Of a stretch of 64,000 bases of DNA, positions 1-10,042 are shown one piece after another; positions within the stretch are counted from its first letter, which is position 1; the number at the start of each line of letters is the position of its first letter. The translations under genes were made by a program, and so were the position numbers. This stretch comes from an uncultured Pseudomonadota bacterium. Its GTDB lineage: Bacteria > Oederibacteriota > Muellerivitia > Muellerivitales > Muellerivitaceae. The stretch is taken from assembly GCA_963770835.1 (NCBI GenBank), contig CAVYRH010000004.1, positions 224,001-288,000 of the forward strand, in the 5' to 3' direction. The notes beneath the pieces were generated by a model. That model was not told the origin of the DNA and searched no databases. It saw only the letters and a list, made by a program, of their open reading frames with translations.

Positions 1-126
1 CGCGCTTTTCCTGCGGCGGCGGCCCGGTTTTTCGTATGGCAGGCGGTTCTGACAAACTCCCTTCCCTCTGCGCTTCAATCGGCGCTGGCCCGTCCAAAAT
101 CAAATTTTTGAGAGGTGTTTTTCCTT

Positions 127-1122
127 ATGCTACCAGCTGATGCCGAACCAATAACAATCCAATCCCTAACCCAACCCATCCTCATCCAAACCCCAACCCA
201 ACCCGCCGCCGACGCGGATACCCGCCGGAATTTCCTCCGAACTTTCACCAAGGACGAGCAAATCGATTGGGGCGGCAGTATTCCCTTTTTCGGCGTGCAC
301 GTCATCGGCCTCCTGGCTTTCCTCACCGGAGTCAGCTGGGCCGCTATCCTCATGTGCCTCTTCATGTACTATTCCCGCATGTTCGCCATCACGGGGATCT
401 ACCATCGGTACTTCTCCCACCGCACCTACAAAACCAGCCGGTTCTTCCAGGCCGTCATGGCCTTCTGGGGCACTTCCTGCGGCCAGCAGGGGCCCCTTTG
501 GTGGGCCGCCCATCACCGCCATCACCATAAATACTCGGACATGCCGGAGGATATCCATTCACCCGGTTTGCGGGGCTTCTGGTGGTCCCATTGGGGATGG
601 ATCCTCTGCAAGCGCTACGCGGACACCAATGAGCTTGCGGTCAAGGACTTGACCAAGTATCCCGAGCTCAAATTCATCAACAAGTACCATGGATTGGCCC
701 CCTTCATCCTGGCCACGCTCATCTTCTTCTTCGGCTCTTTCCTCCAACACGCGGCCCCGCAATTGCACACCAACGGCTTACAGATGATGTGCTGGGGCTT
801 CTTCACTTCCACCACCCTGCTTTACCACGGCACCTTCACCATCAATTCCCTTTCCCACGTTTTCGGGAAAAAGCGGTTTGAAACCGGAGACGACAGCAAG
901 AACAATTTCATCCTGTCGTTGATCACCATGGGGGAAGGGTGGCACAACAACCACCATAAGTTCCCTTACGCCGAGCCGCAGGGCATTTACTGGTGGGAAA
1001 TCGACATGTCACATTATGTCCTGAAGGTGTTTTCCTGGTTCGGCCTGGTGTGGGATATTCAAACCCACCCCAAGGAACTCTTTGCCGCTGCTAAGAGCCT
1101 GAAGAGCGAAGCGGCCGCGTAA
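127..1122 (+). CDS. Acyl-CoA/fatty acid delta-9 desaturase
   Basis: Three His boxes HRYFSH, HHRHHH, HNNHH; GEGWHNNHH motif; TM helices; RBS gagagg before ATG at 127. Confidence 0.93.
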   Translation: MLPADAEPITIQSLTQPILIQTPTQPAADADTRRNFLRTFTKDEQIDWGGSIPFFGVHVIGLLAFLTGVSWAAILMCLFMYYSRMFAITGIYHRYFSHRTYKTSRFFQAVMAFWGTSCGQQGPLWWAAHHRHHHKYSDMPEDIHSPGLRGFWWSHWGWILCKRYADTNELAVKDLTKYPELKFINKYHGLAPFILATLIFFFGSFLQHAAPQLHTNGLQMMCWGFFTSTTLLYHGTFTINSLSHVFGKKRFETGDDSKNNFILSLITMGEGWHNNHHKFPYAEPQGIYWWEIDMSHYVLKVFSWFGLVWDIQTHPKELFAAAKSLKSEAAA

Positions 1123-1146
1123 CAAGCGCCGTCCAAGTTGATCTCG

Positions 1147-1179
1147 AAAGGGGGGCGGGAAATCCCGCCCCCCTTTTTT
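1147..1179 (+). terminator. Rho-independent terminator
   Basis: Stem ggggggcggga / tcccgcccccc followed by T6, directly after the desaturase. Confidence 0.9.
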
Positions 1180-1227
1180 GTTTTGGAGTTTAGGGATTAA
1201 TATGATTTAAAGAGCGGGAGTGTAAGC

Positions 1228-1683
1228 GTGAACCTTTATTTGATCCTGAAGTTTCTGCACGTGGTTTTCGCGGTGGTGGCGGTGGGGTTCAACCTCAGCT
1301 ACGGTTTTTGGCTGGCCCGCGCCCGCAAGAACCCTGAAAATCTGCCGTTCGTGCTGAAAAACATCAAGGTCATGGATAGCGCCGTTGCTAACCCCGCCTA
1401 TATGGGTTTGGGAATTACCGGACCCCTCATGGCCTGGTTAGGCGGCTATTCCTGGCATTCTTTTTGGATATGGATGTCGGTTCTGCTTTTAGTCTTGGCC
1501 GCGATCCTGGGCATCGTGGTTTATTCCCCCCTCCTCAAAAACCAGATCCGGGCCTTGGAAACCCAAGGCGCGGATTCGGCCGAATACAAGGCGCTGGAAC
1601 TTAAAGCCACCCAGCTCGGCTTTGGGCTTATCGCAATCGTAGCGATCATCATCTTCCTGATGGTGACCAAGATCCAATTTTAA
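1228..1683 (+). CDS. DUF2269-like membrane protein
   Basis: N-terminal LKFLHV motif, 4 TM helices, C-terminal LMVTK. Confidence 0.75.
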   Translation: MNLYLILKFLHVVFAVVAVGFNLSYGFWLARARKNPENLPFVLKNIKVMDSAVANPAYMGLGITGPLMAWLGGYSWHSFWIWMSVLLLVLAAILGIVVYSPLLKNQIRALETQGADSAEYKALELKATQLGFGLIAIVAIIIFLMVTKIQF

Positions 1684-1720
1684 TCCCCACTTTAAAAAAT
1701 CCACCTCAAAGATAAATTTT

Positions 1721-3562
1721 TCAGCAGCACCCATACTCCGGCATTTCGTGGCCCTTGTGCGAGGAGTCGTGCACGGCCTTGGGGTGCTTCTTCTTCACTA
1801 AAATCTGGTACCAGCGGTGGAAGGATTCCCACAAGATCACGACCGCGCAAAAGAGGATGACGCTCGTCACCGCGATATTGATCCAGGCGTTAAAGGACTT
1901 TTGGGGGTCGGCGGCCAAGAGATAGTTGTTGTGGATGATCAAAACGCAGGCGGTCAAGGTGGTGACGCAAACAAACAGCATGGGAACAAGGGTAAACCAG
2001 GCGTATTTAACCCTGCCGGAATTGATGATGGCGCTGGTGGCCACCGCCAGGGCCACCCCCGCGAGAAGCTGGTTGGCGGCCCCGAACATGGGCCAGATGG
2101 TGCTGACGTTGCCGGTCCAAAGAAGGTAACTCCACAGGAAGACCACCAGGGCGGTGCATAAGACCGTGCCGGGCACCCAATCGGTTTTCTCCACGGGTTT
2201 CCAGAACCGGCCCAGGAATTCCTGCATCAGGAATCGGGCCACGCGCGTTCCCGCGTCGATGGTGGTGAGGATGAAAAGAGCCTCAAACATGATCATGAAA
2301 TGGTAGAAGTAATCCATCAGGCCCTGGAGGCCCGGGATGCCCGAGAAAATCTGCGCGAAGCCCACGGCCAGGGAGACCCCGCCCCCGGTGCGCCCCACTA
2401 GATTCTCGCCCACCGCTTGGCTGAGCTCCTGCAAATGGACCGGATTCAGGCCGAGCGCGGCGAACTTCTCCGCGGGAAGGTTGATGGCGAAATAGTCAGC
2501 GGGGAATAGGGAACAGGAAGCCAAAAGCGCCACGATGCCCACCAGGCCCTCCATCAACATGGCCCCGTAGCCCACGAACCTCGCCTCCGATTCCCTGTCC
2601 AGCATCTTGGGGGTCGTGCCCGAGGCCACCAAGGCATGGAAACCCGAAATGGCCCCGCAGGCGATGGTGATGAAAAGGAAGGGGAATAACTTCCCGGGAA
2701 TAATGGGCCCCCCGCCGTTGTCATAGGCTGTAAAAGCCGGCATTTGAAGGTAAGGATGGACCAGGATGATGCCCAGGACCAGGCCGCCAATGGTGCCGAT
2801 CTTCATGTAGGAGCTCAAGTAGTCCCGGGGAGCCAGCAGCATCCAGATCGGAAGGACCGAGGCGACGAAGGCGTAGAGGCTCAAGAGAACAATGATCTGG
2901 TTCCGGGGGAAGGTGAAACAAGCCGCCAGGGCCGGCGGAAGGAACTTGCCGAAAACAACCGCCAGGAACACCAGGGTGACCCCAATGAGGCTGGCCTCGC
3001 CAATTTTCCCGGGCCGGATGCGGTGCATCCAAAAGCCCACCAAAAGGGCGATAGGGATGGTCATTCCAATTGAGAAGGTTCCCCAAGAGCTCTCCTTCAG
3101 CGCGCCCACCACCACGATCCCCAAACCCGCCAGGGCCACGACCACGATGAAAAAGATGGCGATGGAACCGACGGCCCCCGCCAGGGGGCTGATCTCATGC
3201 CGCGCGATTTCCGCCAGGGATTTCCCCTTGCGGCGGATGGAGGCCACCAGGATCATGAAATCCTGCACCGCCCCCGCCAGGCAAACGCCGATCAAGAGCC
3301 ACAGGAAGCTCGGCACGTAGCCGAACTGAGCGGCCAGGACGGGGCCGATCAAGGGGCCCGAACCCGCAATGGCCGCGAAGTGGTGGCCGAAGACCACCCA
3401 TTTGTTGGTGGGATGGTAGTTCTGGCCGTCTTTCAGGCGATGGGCGGGGGTGGTCCGCTTGTCATTGAGGGCCACCACCTTCAAGGCCAGGAAGCGGCTG
3501 TAAAAGCCATAGGCCGCGGCCATGACCAGGAGGGCGGGAAGGATCAGCCAAAGGACGTTCAT
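1721..3562 (-). CDS. cstA: Carbon starvation protein A (peptide/pyruvate transporter)
   Basis: TPAHRLKDG, GHHFAAIAGSGPLIGP, FITIACGAISGFH and IWPMFGAANQLLA motifs. Confidence 0.95.
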   Translation of the reverse strand: MNVLWLILPALLVMAAAYGFYSRFLALKVVALNDKRTTPAHRLKDGQNYHPTNKWVVFGHHFAAIAGSGPLIGPVLAAQFGYVPSFLWLLIGVCLAGAVQDFMILVASIRRKGKSLAEIARHEISPLAGAVGSIAIFFIVVVALAGLGIVVVGALKESSWGTFSIGMTIPIALLVGFWMHRIRPGKIGEASLIGVTLVFLAVVFGKFLPPALAACFTFPRNQIIVLLSLYAFVASVLPIWMLLAPRDYLSSYMKIGTIGGLVLGIILVHPYLQMPAFTAYDNGGGPIIPGKLFPFLFITIACGAISGFHALVASGTTPKMLDRESEARFVGYGAMLMEGLVGIVALLASCSLFPADYFAINLPAEKFAALGLNPVHLQELSQAVGENLVGRTGGGVSLAVGFAQIFSGIPGLQGLMDYFYHFMIMFEALFILTTIDAGTRVARFLMQEFLGRFWKPVEKTDWVPGTVLCTALVVFLWSYLLWTGNVSTIWPMFGAANQLLAGVALAVATSAIINSGRVKYAWFTLVPMLFVCVTTLTACVLIIHNNYLLAADPQKSFNAWINIAVTSVILFCAVVILWESFHRWYQILVKKKHPKAVHDSSHKGHEMPEYGCC

Positions 3563-3631
3563 GAGGGCTCCTTGAAGGGAATGAACTCTTACCATAAACG
3601 ATGGTAAAACCCCCCGTCAACCTGAGTGCGG

Positions 3632-4954
3632 TCAGGTTTTTGTTTTCGGCATAAACCGCTTACGGGCCCACTCGTAAAAGGATTCTTTGTCCAGGGGCCG
3701 GGCCACCAGCTCGGCGGCCAGGGCGGAAAGCATGATGGGGAAGATGGCCACGTGGTGGTCGGTCATTTCCACCACCAGCACGAAGGCCGTGAAGGGCGTA
3801 CGGGTGACGCCGGTCAAAAAGCCCGCCATACCCAGCAGAATCAGCAGGTTGGCCGAGCCGGTGTGAAACAGGGAATCCAAAACCGATCCGGTGCAGGCCC
3901 CGGCGGCCAGGGCCGGCGCGAAGATGCCCCCCGCAGAGCCGGAAACGTAAAAAACTAGGGACCCGATGGCCCTCAGGAAGGGAAGATCCCAGGTGGATTT
4001 TTCCCCCTTGAACAGCAGGGTGTTCATGACTTCCAAACCCGATCCGCCGGCTTGGGGGTTCAAAAAAACCAGCCCCGCCATGAAAAGACCGCAGGCTATT
4101 ACTAAGATTGCCCATTGGACCTTGGTTTTCAGCCGCTCCCGCCAGGTGAGGAGCCACTTGATACCCATTCCATAAAAGGCCCCAAAGGCTCCGCTCACCA
4201 GGCCCACCGCCAGGGCGATCCATAATATGGAAATCGGCACGTTCCCGATCTGGGGATAGCCCAGGTAAAGGTAGCTTCCGAAAATCCACTGGGACACCAG
4301 CCCGGCAATGATGATGGAACTGATGAGCACGGTGCGGAACCGGCGGAAGTGGATGGACATCTCCTCGATGGCGAAAACGATGCCGCCCAGGGGGGTATTG
4401 AAGGCGGAAGCCAGCCCGGCGGCGGCACCGGCCACAATCCAGGCCGAGGAATCGGATTCGGAGCGGAAGCGGCGGAAAAAGCGGCCCACGCCGTGGAAAA
4501 TCCCCGTGGAAACCTGGATAGTGGGGCCTTCCCGGCCAGTAACGGCGCCCCCCAGGGCGGCCAAAAGGGAGCTGGCGATCTTTACGGCCACCGCCTTGAG
4601 GGAAAGGAGCCGGTCCACCCATTTCTTGTCCCGCTTGTAATTTAGGTCGTTAGCAGCCAGGACCTGGGGAATGCCGCTGCCGGTAGCCTCGGGCGCGAGG
4701 AAAACCACCAAGGCCCAGGAAACCAAAAGACAAAGGGGCGTCCAAATCCAGACGGCTTGGGGATGGGAAGCGATGACCGCTCGGTAGGCAGTTTCAGTCA
4801 TTTTGAAAAGCCAAGCGTAAGTGACACAGGTGAAGGCGGCCAGGAAGGCCGAAATCCAGAAGGCCAGGGTTTGGAGATGGTCGCCGTAAGCCAGGAAGGT
4901 TTGGACCATCCGCTTCAGTGGCACCAGCGAAGGCCGGGGGGACTTTCTTTTCAC
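3632..4954 (-). CDS. ClC-family Cl-/H+ antiporter
   Basis: GSGIPQ, GREGP (gating Glu), FAIEE (proton Glu), GGIFAP and C-terminal Tyr motifs. Confidence 0.92.
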   Translation of the reverse strand: MKRKSPRPSLVPLKRMVQTFLAYGDHLQTLAFWISAFLAAFTCVTYAWLFKMTETAYRAVIASHPQAVWIWTPLCLLVSWALVVFLAPEATGSGIPQVLAANDLNYKRDKKWVDRLLSLKAVAVKIASSLLAALGGAVTGREGPTIQVSTGIFHGVGRFFRRFRSESDSSAWIVAGAAAGLASAFNTPLGGIVFAIEEMSIHFRRFRTVLISSIIIAGLVSQWIFGSYLYLGYPQIGNVPISILWIALAVGLVSGAFGAFYGMGIKWLLTWRERLKTKVQWAILVIACGLFMAGLVFLNPQAGGSGLEVMNTLLFKGEKSTWDLPFLRAIGSLVFYVSGSAGGIFAPALAAGACTGSVLDSLFHTGSANLLILLGMAGFLTGVTRTPFTAFVLVVEMTDHHVAIFPIMLSALAAELVARPLDKESFYEWARKRFMPKTKT

Positions 4955-5084
4955 TTCGAAACCTTTCCTCCGAAATGGCGATCCAAGCGGAGAGGGATTC
5001 TACAGAATAAAAGGGGCAAAAAGATAGCTGTACGCAGGGGAAGCCCCCTTTTCTTTTGAGCAAGGATTCGGCTAGAGTAAACCT

Positions 5085-5867
5085 ATGGCCGACGAAAACC
5101 TAACCAGCCCAATCCTTTCAACCCAACCCAAAGGTTGGGTGCGATGCCTTTCCCTTGCGGGTTTCCTGTTTGCCCTTGCGGCGGTCCTTCTCGCGGTTTT
5201 TTCAGGGTTCGGAACCAAATGGGGCTGGTGGGATTTCCGGCTTGGGTTGAAGCTTTTCTTGTATTCCGCTGGGGCGGGAGCCGTGGGGCTGGTTCTTTCC
5301 ATCGTGGGCTTAAGTCTTTTCAAATACAGGGGTGCGGGACTTTTGAAATATGTCTTGGGAGCCCTCTTGAGCCTTCTCATCACGGGTAATTTTTTGGTGC
5401 GGTTTCACTTCGCCAAACAGGTCCCCCCCATCCATGACATTACTACCGACACCCAGAATCCGCCCCTGTTCGACGACACCCTCCTGGCGCTGCGCAAAGG
5501 TGCCCTGAACCCACCCGAGTACGGAGGCCCCTCCGTCGCCGAACAGCAGCAAAAGGCCTATCCCGATCTTAAGCCGGTCGTTTTGGAGAATTCCCCGGCC
5601 AAGGTTTGGGAAGCCTGCCTGGCCGCGGCAAAAAAAATGGGATGGGACATCGACGCCATGGATGAAGCCCGCGGGCGCATTGAAGCCACGGATACCACTT
5701 TCTGGTTCGGCTTCAAGGACGACGTCGTGGTGCGGGTGACACCGCAGGGGAGCGGAAGCCGCGTGGATGTCCGGTCCGTCTCCCGGGTGGGAAAAGGGGA
5801 CGTCGGCACCAACGCCAAGCGCATCCGCCGTTTCCTGTCCCAAGTGCGGTCGGCCTTCGGAGCCTAA
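5085..5867 (+). CDS. DUF1499 domain membrane protein
   Basis: 3 N-terminal TMs; PPIHDITTD, FGFKDDVVVRV and RSVSRVGKGDVGTNAKRI motifs. Confidence 0.88.
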   Translation: MADENLTSPILSTQPKGWVRCLSLAGFLFALAAVLLAVFSGFGTKWGWWDFRLGLKLFLYSAGAGAVGLVLSIVGLSLFKYRGAGLLKYVLGALLSLLITGNFLVRFHFAKQVPPIHDITTDTQNPPLFDDTLLALRKGALNPPEYGGPSVAEQQQKAYPDLKPVVLENSPAKVWEACLAAAKKMGWDIDAMDEARGRIEATDTTFWFGFKDDVVVRVTPQGSGSRVDVRSVSRVGKGDVGTNAKRIRRFLSQVRSAFGA

Positions 5868-5870
5868 AAC

Positions 5871-6224
5871 TTGGTCCGGGTGAAGCGAATGTACCTTCCC
5901 GTGGGAAAAAAGGACGGCCAGCGATTCCTTGCGGACCGCTTTTGGCCCCGGGGCGTGAAAAAAGAAAAAACCCGGCTTTCGACTTGGATGCGGCAGATCG
6001 CGCCCAGCGAAATCCTACGCAAATGGTTCGGCCACGATCCCGAAAAATGGGGAGATTTCCAGAAACGCTACCGTTAGGAATTGGTGGGCCATGGGGAATT
6101 CCTCAAGGCCCTTCTTCAAACCGCCCGCAAAGGTAAGGTGACCCTTCTTTTCGCCGCTAAGGATGAGAAGCACAACAACGCCGTCGTGCTAAAGGGTTAT
6201 TTGGAGCACCGGTTGAAATCGTAG
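5871..6224 (+). pseudogene. yeaO: DUF488/YeaO-family gene interrupted by an in-frame TAG at 6075-6077
   Basis: DG.RFLADRFWPRGVKKE, APSEILRKWFGHDPEKW; same frame resumes after the TAG with ELVGHGEFLKALLQTARKGKVTLLFAAKDEKHNNAVVLKGYLE, the normal YeaO C-terminus. Confidence 0.85.
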
Positions 6225-6229
6225 GTTTT

Positions 6230-7822
6230 TCAATTTGGGGAAGGATTACCAAGGGATATCCCTTCCCGGTTCAGGCGGCCGTTTTTCAAGATGAAAAAAT
6301 AGAATCCGTCATGGGCTTCGGGCCCGTCCCAAGGTTTGTAATTTTTTTCCATCCAGGGGCGCAAAGGTGTTTCCATCCAAAACCGAAGGTCTTCCCGCGA
6401 GGAAGGCTTGCCGACCACGAAAACCTCGGGTGGTGAGGCTTGTAGTTGTCCCAGAGTTTTAAGAGTGTAGTTCTGCCGGTGAGGGCCCTCGTAAAGGGGA
6501 GCGGAATAAAAGATCCCAGGGACCGGATCATGGCCACTGTAAAAATAAAGCTCTGTGGCCCATCCCCATTGGTAGAAGGATTCCCCGGGTTTCAGAAGGG
6601 TTCCCAAGCGCTCTCCCCACTCCCGTGTTTGGATGCATGAGGGCCCGCCAAACTTGGCGATGGACCATTCTTCTGCCGAGTGACGGTAAAAGGGGCCCTC
6701 GTGAAAGGCCAGCCAACCCAGCAGGATCAGCCCCGGAAGGAAACGCCAACGTCTCGAACGAAGGAAGGCGGATTTTTCCAACCCGGCGACGGCCCAGGCC
6801 GCCCCTAGTATTACCGGCGGGAAATACAGTTGGTAGTGGTGGGAATAATAAAAACCCGACGCGACCACCATCGCCAAGCTGGAAAGGGTTAAGGCTGTCC
6901 AAAGGGACCATGTAAACCGGTGAAGGCTTTTGGAAAGAAAATACAATGCCACCCCCCAAGCGAAAATTCCCAATGGCCAAAGAAAGGCGGTACAAACAGG
7001 AAAGAGATCGGACAGTCCCAACTGGCTAAGATGGCTCCAACTGGTCTGGGAAACCCAAAATCGGTTAAAATCCACTAAAATCCAAACCATATCCCGGAGC
7101 CTTCCCTGGACCAGGAAATAACCCAGAAGAAGGGCCCAAACCAGGGCTACCGCCGAAAAAACCTCCGCCATTTGGAGGACCGCCTGTCGGCGAAAAGCCG
7201 GGTTCCGCCACGAGTGGAGGACATGGGTCAGGCCCAGGAGAGGGAGGGTGATCAGGAGCGGTTGCTTGATAAAACTTCCTAAGGCGAAAAGAAGACCGAT
7301 TCCCGCCGCACGGTAAAGCCGTGGGGAATCGGGCTTTAACCCCAGCCAAAGCCAGAAAGCGGCCATCAGGAATAAATTCATGAGCAATTCGGTGCTGGGT
7401 TGGTTGGCTTGAAGAAAAGGGTCGCCTGAAACGATCGCGAAGAACAATGCGGCCCAAAGTCCCGCCCGTTGGCCGAAACCTCCAGCGGACCCCGCGAAAA
7501 AAAAAGCACAGAGAAGCACCATGGAGGCAGTCAGGTTGAGCGCAAAGATGCCAGAGGGTCCGTAACCGGCCAGCATTTCACCTACCGCATAGGCCGCATA
7601 CAAACCGGGGGGCTTGTTGTCCCAAAGGTCGCTGTAGAGGTCTCGGCCTTGGAGCATTTCATGGGCGGCGACCGCATAGGTTGCCAGGTCCGTCTCCAGG
7701 GGTTCGGAATAGGTATGAAGCCGCTCAAAGAAAATAAGGAGTCCCGCCGCCAGGAGGACCAAGGGAATCACCCATTTTTCAAAGGGGGCTGGAAAAGGAA
7801 TGAAACCTCCTTTTTTTTTCAC
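6230..7822 (-). CDS. GT-C fold (GT39/ArnT/PMT-like) membrane glycosyltransferase
   Basis: ETD...Y...LYSDLWDNKPPG loop after TM1, multiple TMs, IKQP motif. Confidence 0.8.
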   Translation of the reverse strand: MKKKGGFIPFPAPFEKWVIPLVLLAAGLLIFFERLHTYSEPLETDLATYAVAAHEMLQGRDLYSDLWDNKPPGLYAAYAVGEMLAGYGPSGIFALNLTASMVLLCAFFFAGSAGGFGQRAGLWAALFFAIVSGDPFLQANQPSTELLMNLFLMAAFWLWLGLKPDSPRLYRAAGIGLLFALGSFIKQPLLITLPLLGLTHVLHSWRNPAFRRQAVLQMAEVFSAVALVWALLLGYFLVQGRLRDMVWILVDFNRFWVSQTSWSHLSQLGLSDLFPVCTAFLWPLGIFAWGVALYFLSKSLHRFTWSLWTALTLSSLAMVVASGFYYSHHYQLYFPPVILGAAWAVAGLEKSAFLRSRRWRFLPGLILLGWLAFHEGPFYRHSAEEWSIAKFGGPSCIQTREWGERLGTLLKPGESFYQWGWATELYFYSGHDPVPGIFYSAPLYEGPHRQNYTLKTLGQLQASPPEVFVVGKPSSREDLRFWMETPLRPWMEKNYKPWDGPEAHDGFYFFILKNGRLNREGISLGNPSPN

Positions 7823-7896
7823 TGCCCTAGTTTATTCCCAAAATAAGTCGATTCAAGAATTATAAACCTGCAGATTTGGGGTGAAGGGGAGGATTT

Positions 7897-9621
7897 TTAA
7901 AGGGCGCGGGGGATGGTGAGGGTGAAACAGCTTCCCTTGTCCGGCGCCGTGGTGGCGGTAATGTCCCCGCCCTGGGATTTCATGAAATGCTTGGCCACAT
8001 AAAGCCCCAAACCCGCCCCCGAGCGGCCCGCTTCCTCGCCTAAGACCCGTTTTTGGGTGAAAAGCTGGGCCAAGGCGGCCTCGCTGATGCCCCGGCCGGT
8101 GTCCCGGACCTTCAAAAGAACCACCCGGTCCTTTACCTCTGCGGTGAGGGTGATGCCGCCCTTGTCGGTGAACTTGACGGAGTTATTCAGCAGATTGCGC
8201 AGGGTTTCCACCAGCTTGTCCCGGTCCGCCAGGACGTCGGGGCAGGTGGAAAGGCCCTCCAGCTTGAGGGTGAGGCCCTTGCGGGCCATGATGTCCTCGT
8301 AATCCCGGAGGGCCAAAGCCACGATTTCCATCAGGGCCTGTTTTTCCAAAACGGCCTCGGTCAGGCCGCGTTCGATTTTGGAGAGGTTCAGGAAGTCCGA
8401 GATCAGCCGGTAGTTGTTCATGCCGATTTCCCGCATGTCCATCAGGTAATCGGACTGTTTGGGGGACAGCTCGCCAGCCAGGCCTTCCAGCATATTCTCG
8501 ATGTAACCGTTGATCTCGCCCACGGGGGTTTTCAGCTGGTGGGAGGCCACCGAGATGAGGCTTTGTTTCATTTCCTCCACGTGGCGGCGCTCGGTGATGT
8601 CGCTGAAGATGGCCAGGGCATATTGGAGCTCGCCCTTCATGCCCACGACCGGTGTGCCCCAGATCTGCAGGGGGATAATGCGCCCGTCCGGGAGGTGGAT
8701 CTCCAGGTCCTCGATGGAGGATTTCTCCCCCTTGAGGGCTTTTCCGATGGGGATTTCACCGGCAGGGTAAGGTTCATCCGTGCCCGCCCGGAAAGCCTTG
8801 AAAAGCGCGCTCAATTGGCTGGGATCGGTTGATTGGACGATGCCCCGGCCCAAAAGTTCCCGGGCCTTCTGGTTGGCATAAAAGGGCTGCCCGTCCTTGT
8901 CCAGGACGAAGATCCCCAGGGGCACGGCCTCCAGGAATTGGAAAAGCCGGTATTCGTTGAGCTGCAGCATTTCCTGCGCCCTTTCCCTTTTTTGGATCTC
9001 CCGCCGCAGGGCCAGGAGCATTCCAAAGGCAAAAAGGATGGAAGTGACCCCCCCGAATATGAGGATTTCCAGGGCTAGGTGGGCGTTGGCATCCTCCTCT
9101 TCCCGGCGTTTCACCAGAAGGTTTTGTTCCTCCACAATCATTTGGGAAGTGAGCTTGTCGATGGTTTCGTTGATTTGGAGGTTCTGGGGGTCCTTGAAGC
9201 GGGACATTGTCTCCGCAAAACCCTTGGCCCCGCCGGTTTGGAGGAGAGCTGCATTGTCCAGGCGATTTTGAAGCAGGGGGATCAGTTTTTTGAAGTTTTC
9301 CTTCTGCTGGGGATTGTCCGAGGTCATTTTCTGGGTTTCTAAGGTCTCGGGCATTACCAGGTTCATGCTGGCTTGGGCGGATTTCAAGAAAACGGAGTTT
9401 TTGGAAATCATGTAGGCCCGGTAGGCGGACTGGGCCTTCTTCAAATCCGCGTCGAACTTGTGAATGTGGGAAATTACGTCGGTGGTGTGGTCCACCAGGA
9501 TGTCGCTGTCCAGCATGCGGTTGATGCTGACATAGGAAATTGTCCCGAGTCCCAGGATGACCGCGGTCAGGATTCCGAAGCCGAGGTAAAGTTTTCTTTT
9601 AAAGGGGAGGGCCATGGGCAT
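7897..9621 (-). CDS. Sensor histidine kinase (CHASE3-PAS-HisKA-HATPase)
   Basis: TM-CHASE3-like (VDHT...DNPQQ)-TM; PAS ending DITERR; H-box SHQLKTP; N-box NLLNNSVKFT; DTGRG; GAGLGL. Confidence 0.92.
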   Translation of the reverse strand: MPMALPFKRKLYLGFGILTAVILGLGTISYVSINRMLDSDILVDHTTDVISHIHKFDADLKKAQSAYRAYMISKNSVFLKSAQASMNLVMPETLETQKMTSDNPQQKENFKKLIPLLQNRLDNAALLQTGGAKGFAETMSRFKDPQNLQINETIDKLTSQMIVEEQNLLVKRREEEDANAHLALEILIFGGVTSILFAFGMLLALRREIQKRERAQEMLQLNEYRLFQFLEAVPLGIFVLDKDGQPFYANQKARELLGRGIVQSTDPSQLSALFKAFRAGTDEPYPAGEIPIGKALKGEKSSIEDLEIHLPDGRIIPLQIWGTPVVGMKGELQYALAIFSDITERRHVEEMKQSLISVASHQLKTPVGEINGYIENMLEGLAGELSPKQSDYLMDMREIGMNNYRLISDFLNLSKIERGLTEAVLEKQALMEIVALALRDYEDIMARKGLTLKLEGLSTCPDVLADRDKLVETLRNLLNNSVKFTDKGGITLTAEVKDRVVLLKVRDTGRGISEAALAQLFTQKRVLGEEAGRSGAGLGLYVAKHFMKSQGGDITATTAPDKGSCFTLTIPRAL

Positions 9622-9636
9622 TCGCAGTTGGAGCGC

Positions 9637-9966
9637 TTATTTTTCCTTCACGACAGCGGCCGTCCCATAGCATAGCACCTCGGTGATGCCCTGCATGATC
9701 TCCGTGGCGTCGTAACGCACACCGATAACCGCGTTGGCGCCCAGCTGTTCGGCGTGTTCCACCATCATTTCAAAGGCTTCCTCCCGCGCCTTTTCGCAAA
9801 GGCTGGTGAAGATGGTGATGTTGCCCCCGAAAAAGGCCTGGATGCCCGCGCCGAAGTTGCCGATGACCGAGCGGGACCTTACCGTGATGCCCCGCACCAC
9901 GCCCAAGTTTTTCGCGACCTTGAAGCCTTCCAGCTCGAAAACGGTGGTCGTCATGTCGTGTTTCAT
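9637..9966 (-). CDS. ybjQ: YbjQ/UPF0145 family protein
   Basis: [31 protein letters not shown]. Confidence 0.9.
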   Translation of the reverse strand: MKHDMTTTVFELEGFKVAKNLGVVRGITVRSRSVIGNFGAGIQAFFGGNITIFTSLCEKAREEAFEMMVEHAEQLGANAVIGVRYDATEIMQGITEVLCYGTAAVVKEK

Positions 9967-10042
9967 GGAACCCTCCCCCATAAAGATGGGCCATGATAGT
10001 ACAAACGGCAATCGCCATCCGACAGCAAAATGTTCAAAAATC

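Noticed and set aside
4955..5084. Possible fluoride riboswitch upstream of the ClC gene
   Set aside because: No crcB-motif consensus visible, and the protein has the GSGIP chloride-type signature
6075..6077. Genome-wide TAG reassignment
   Set aside because: Several well-defined genes in the window terminate at TAG at the expected position
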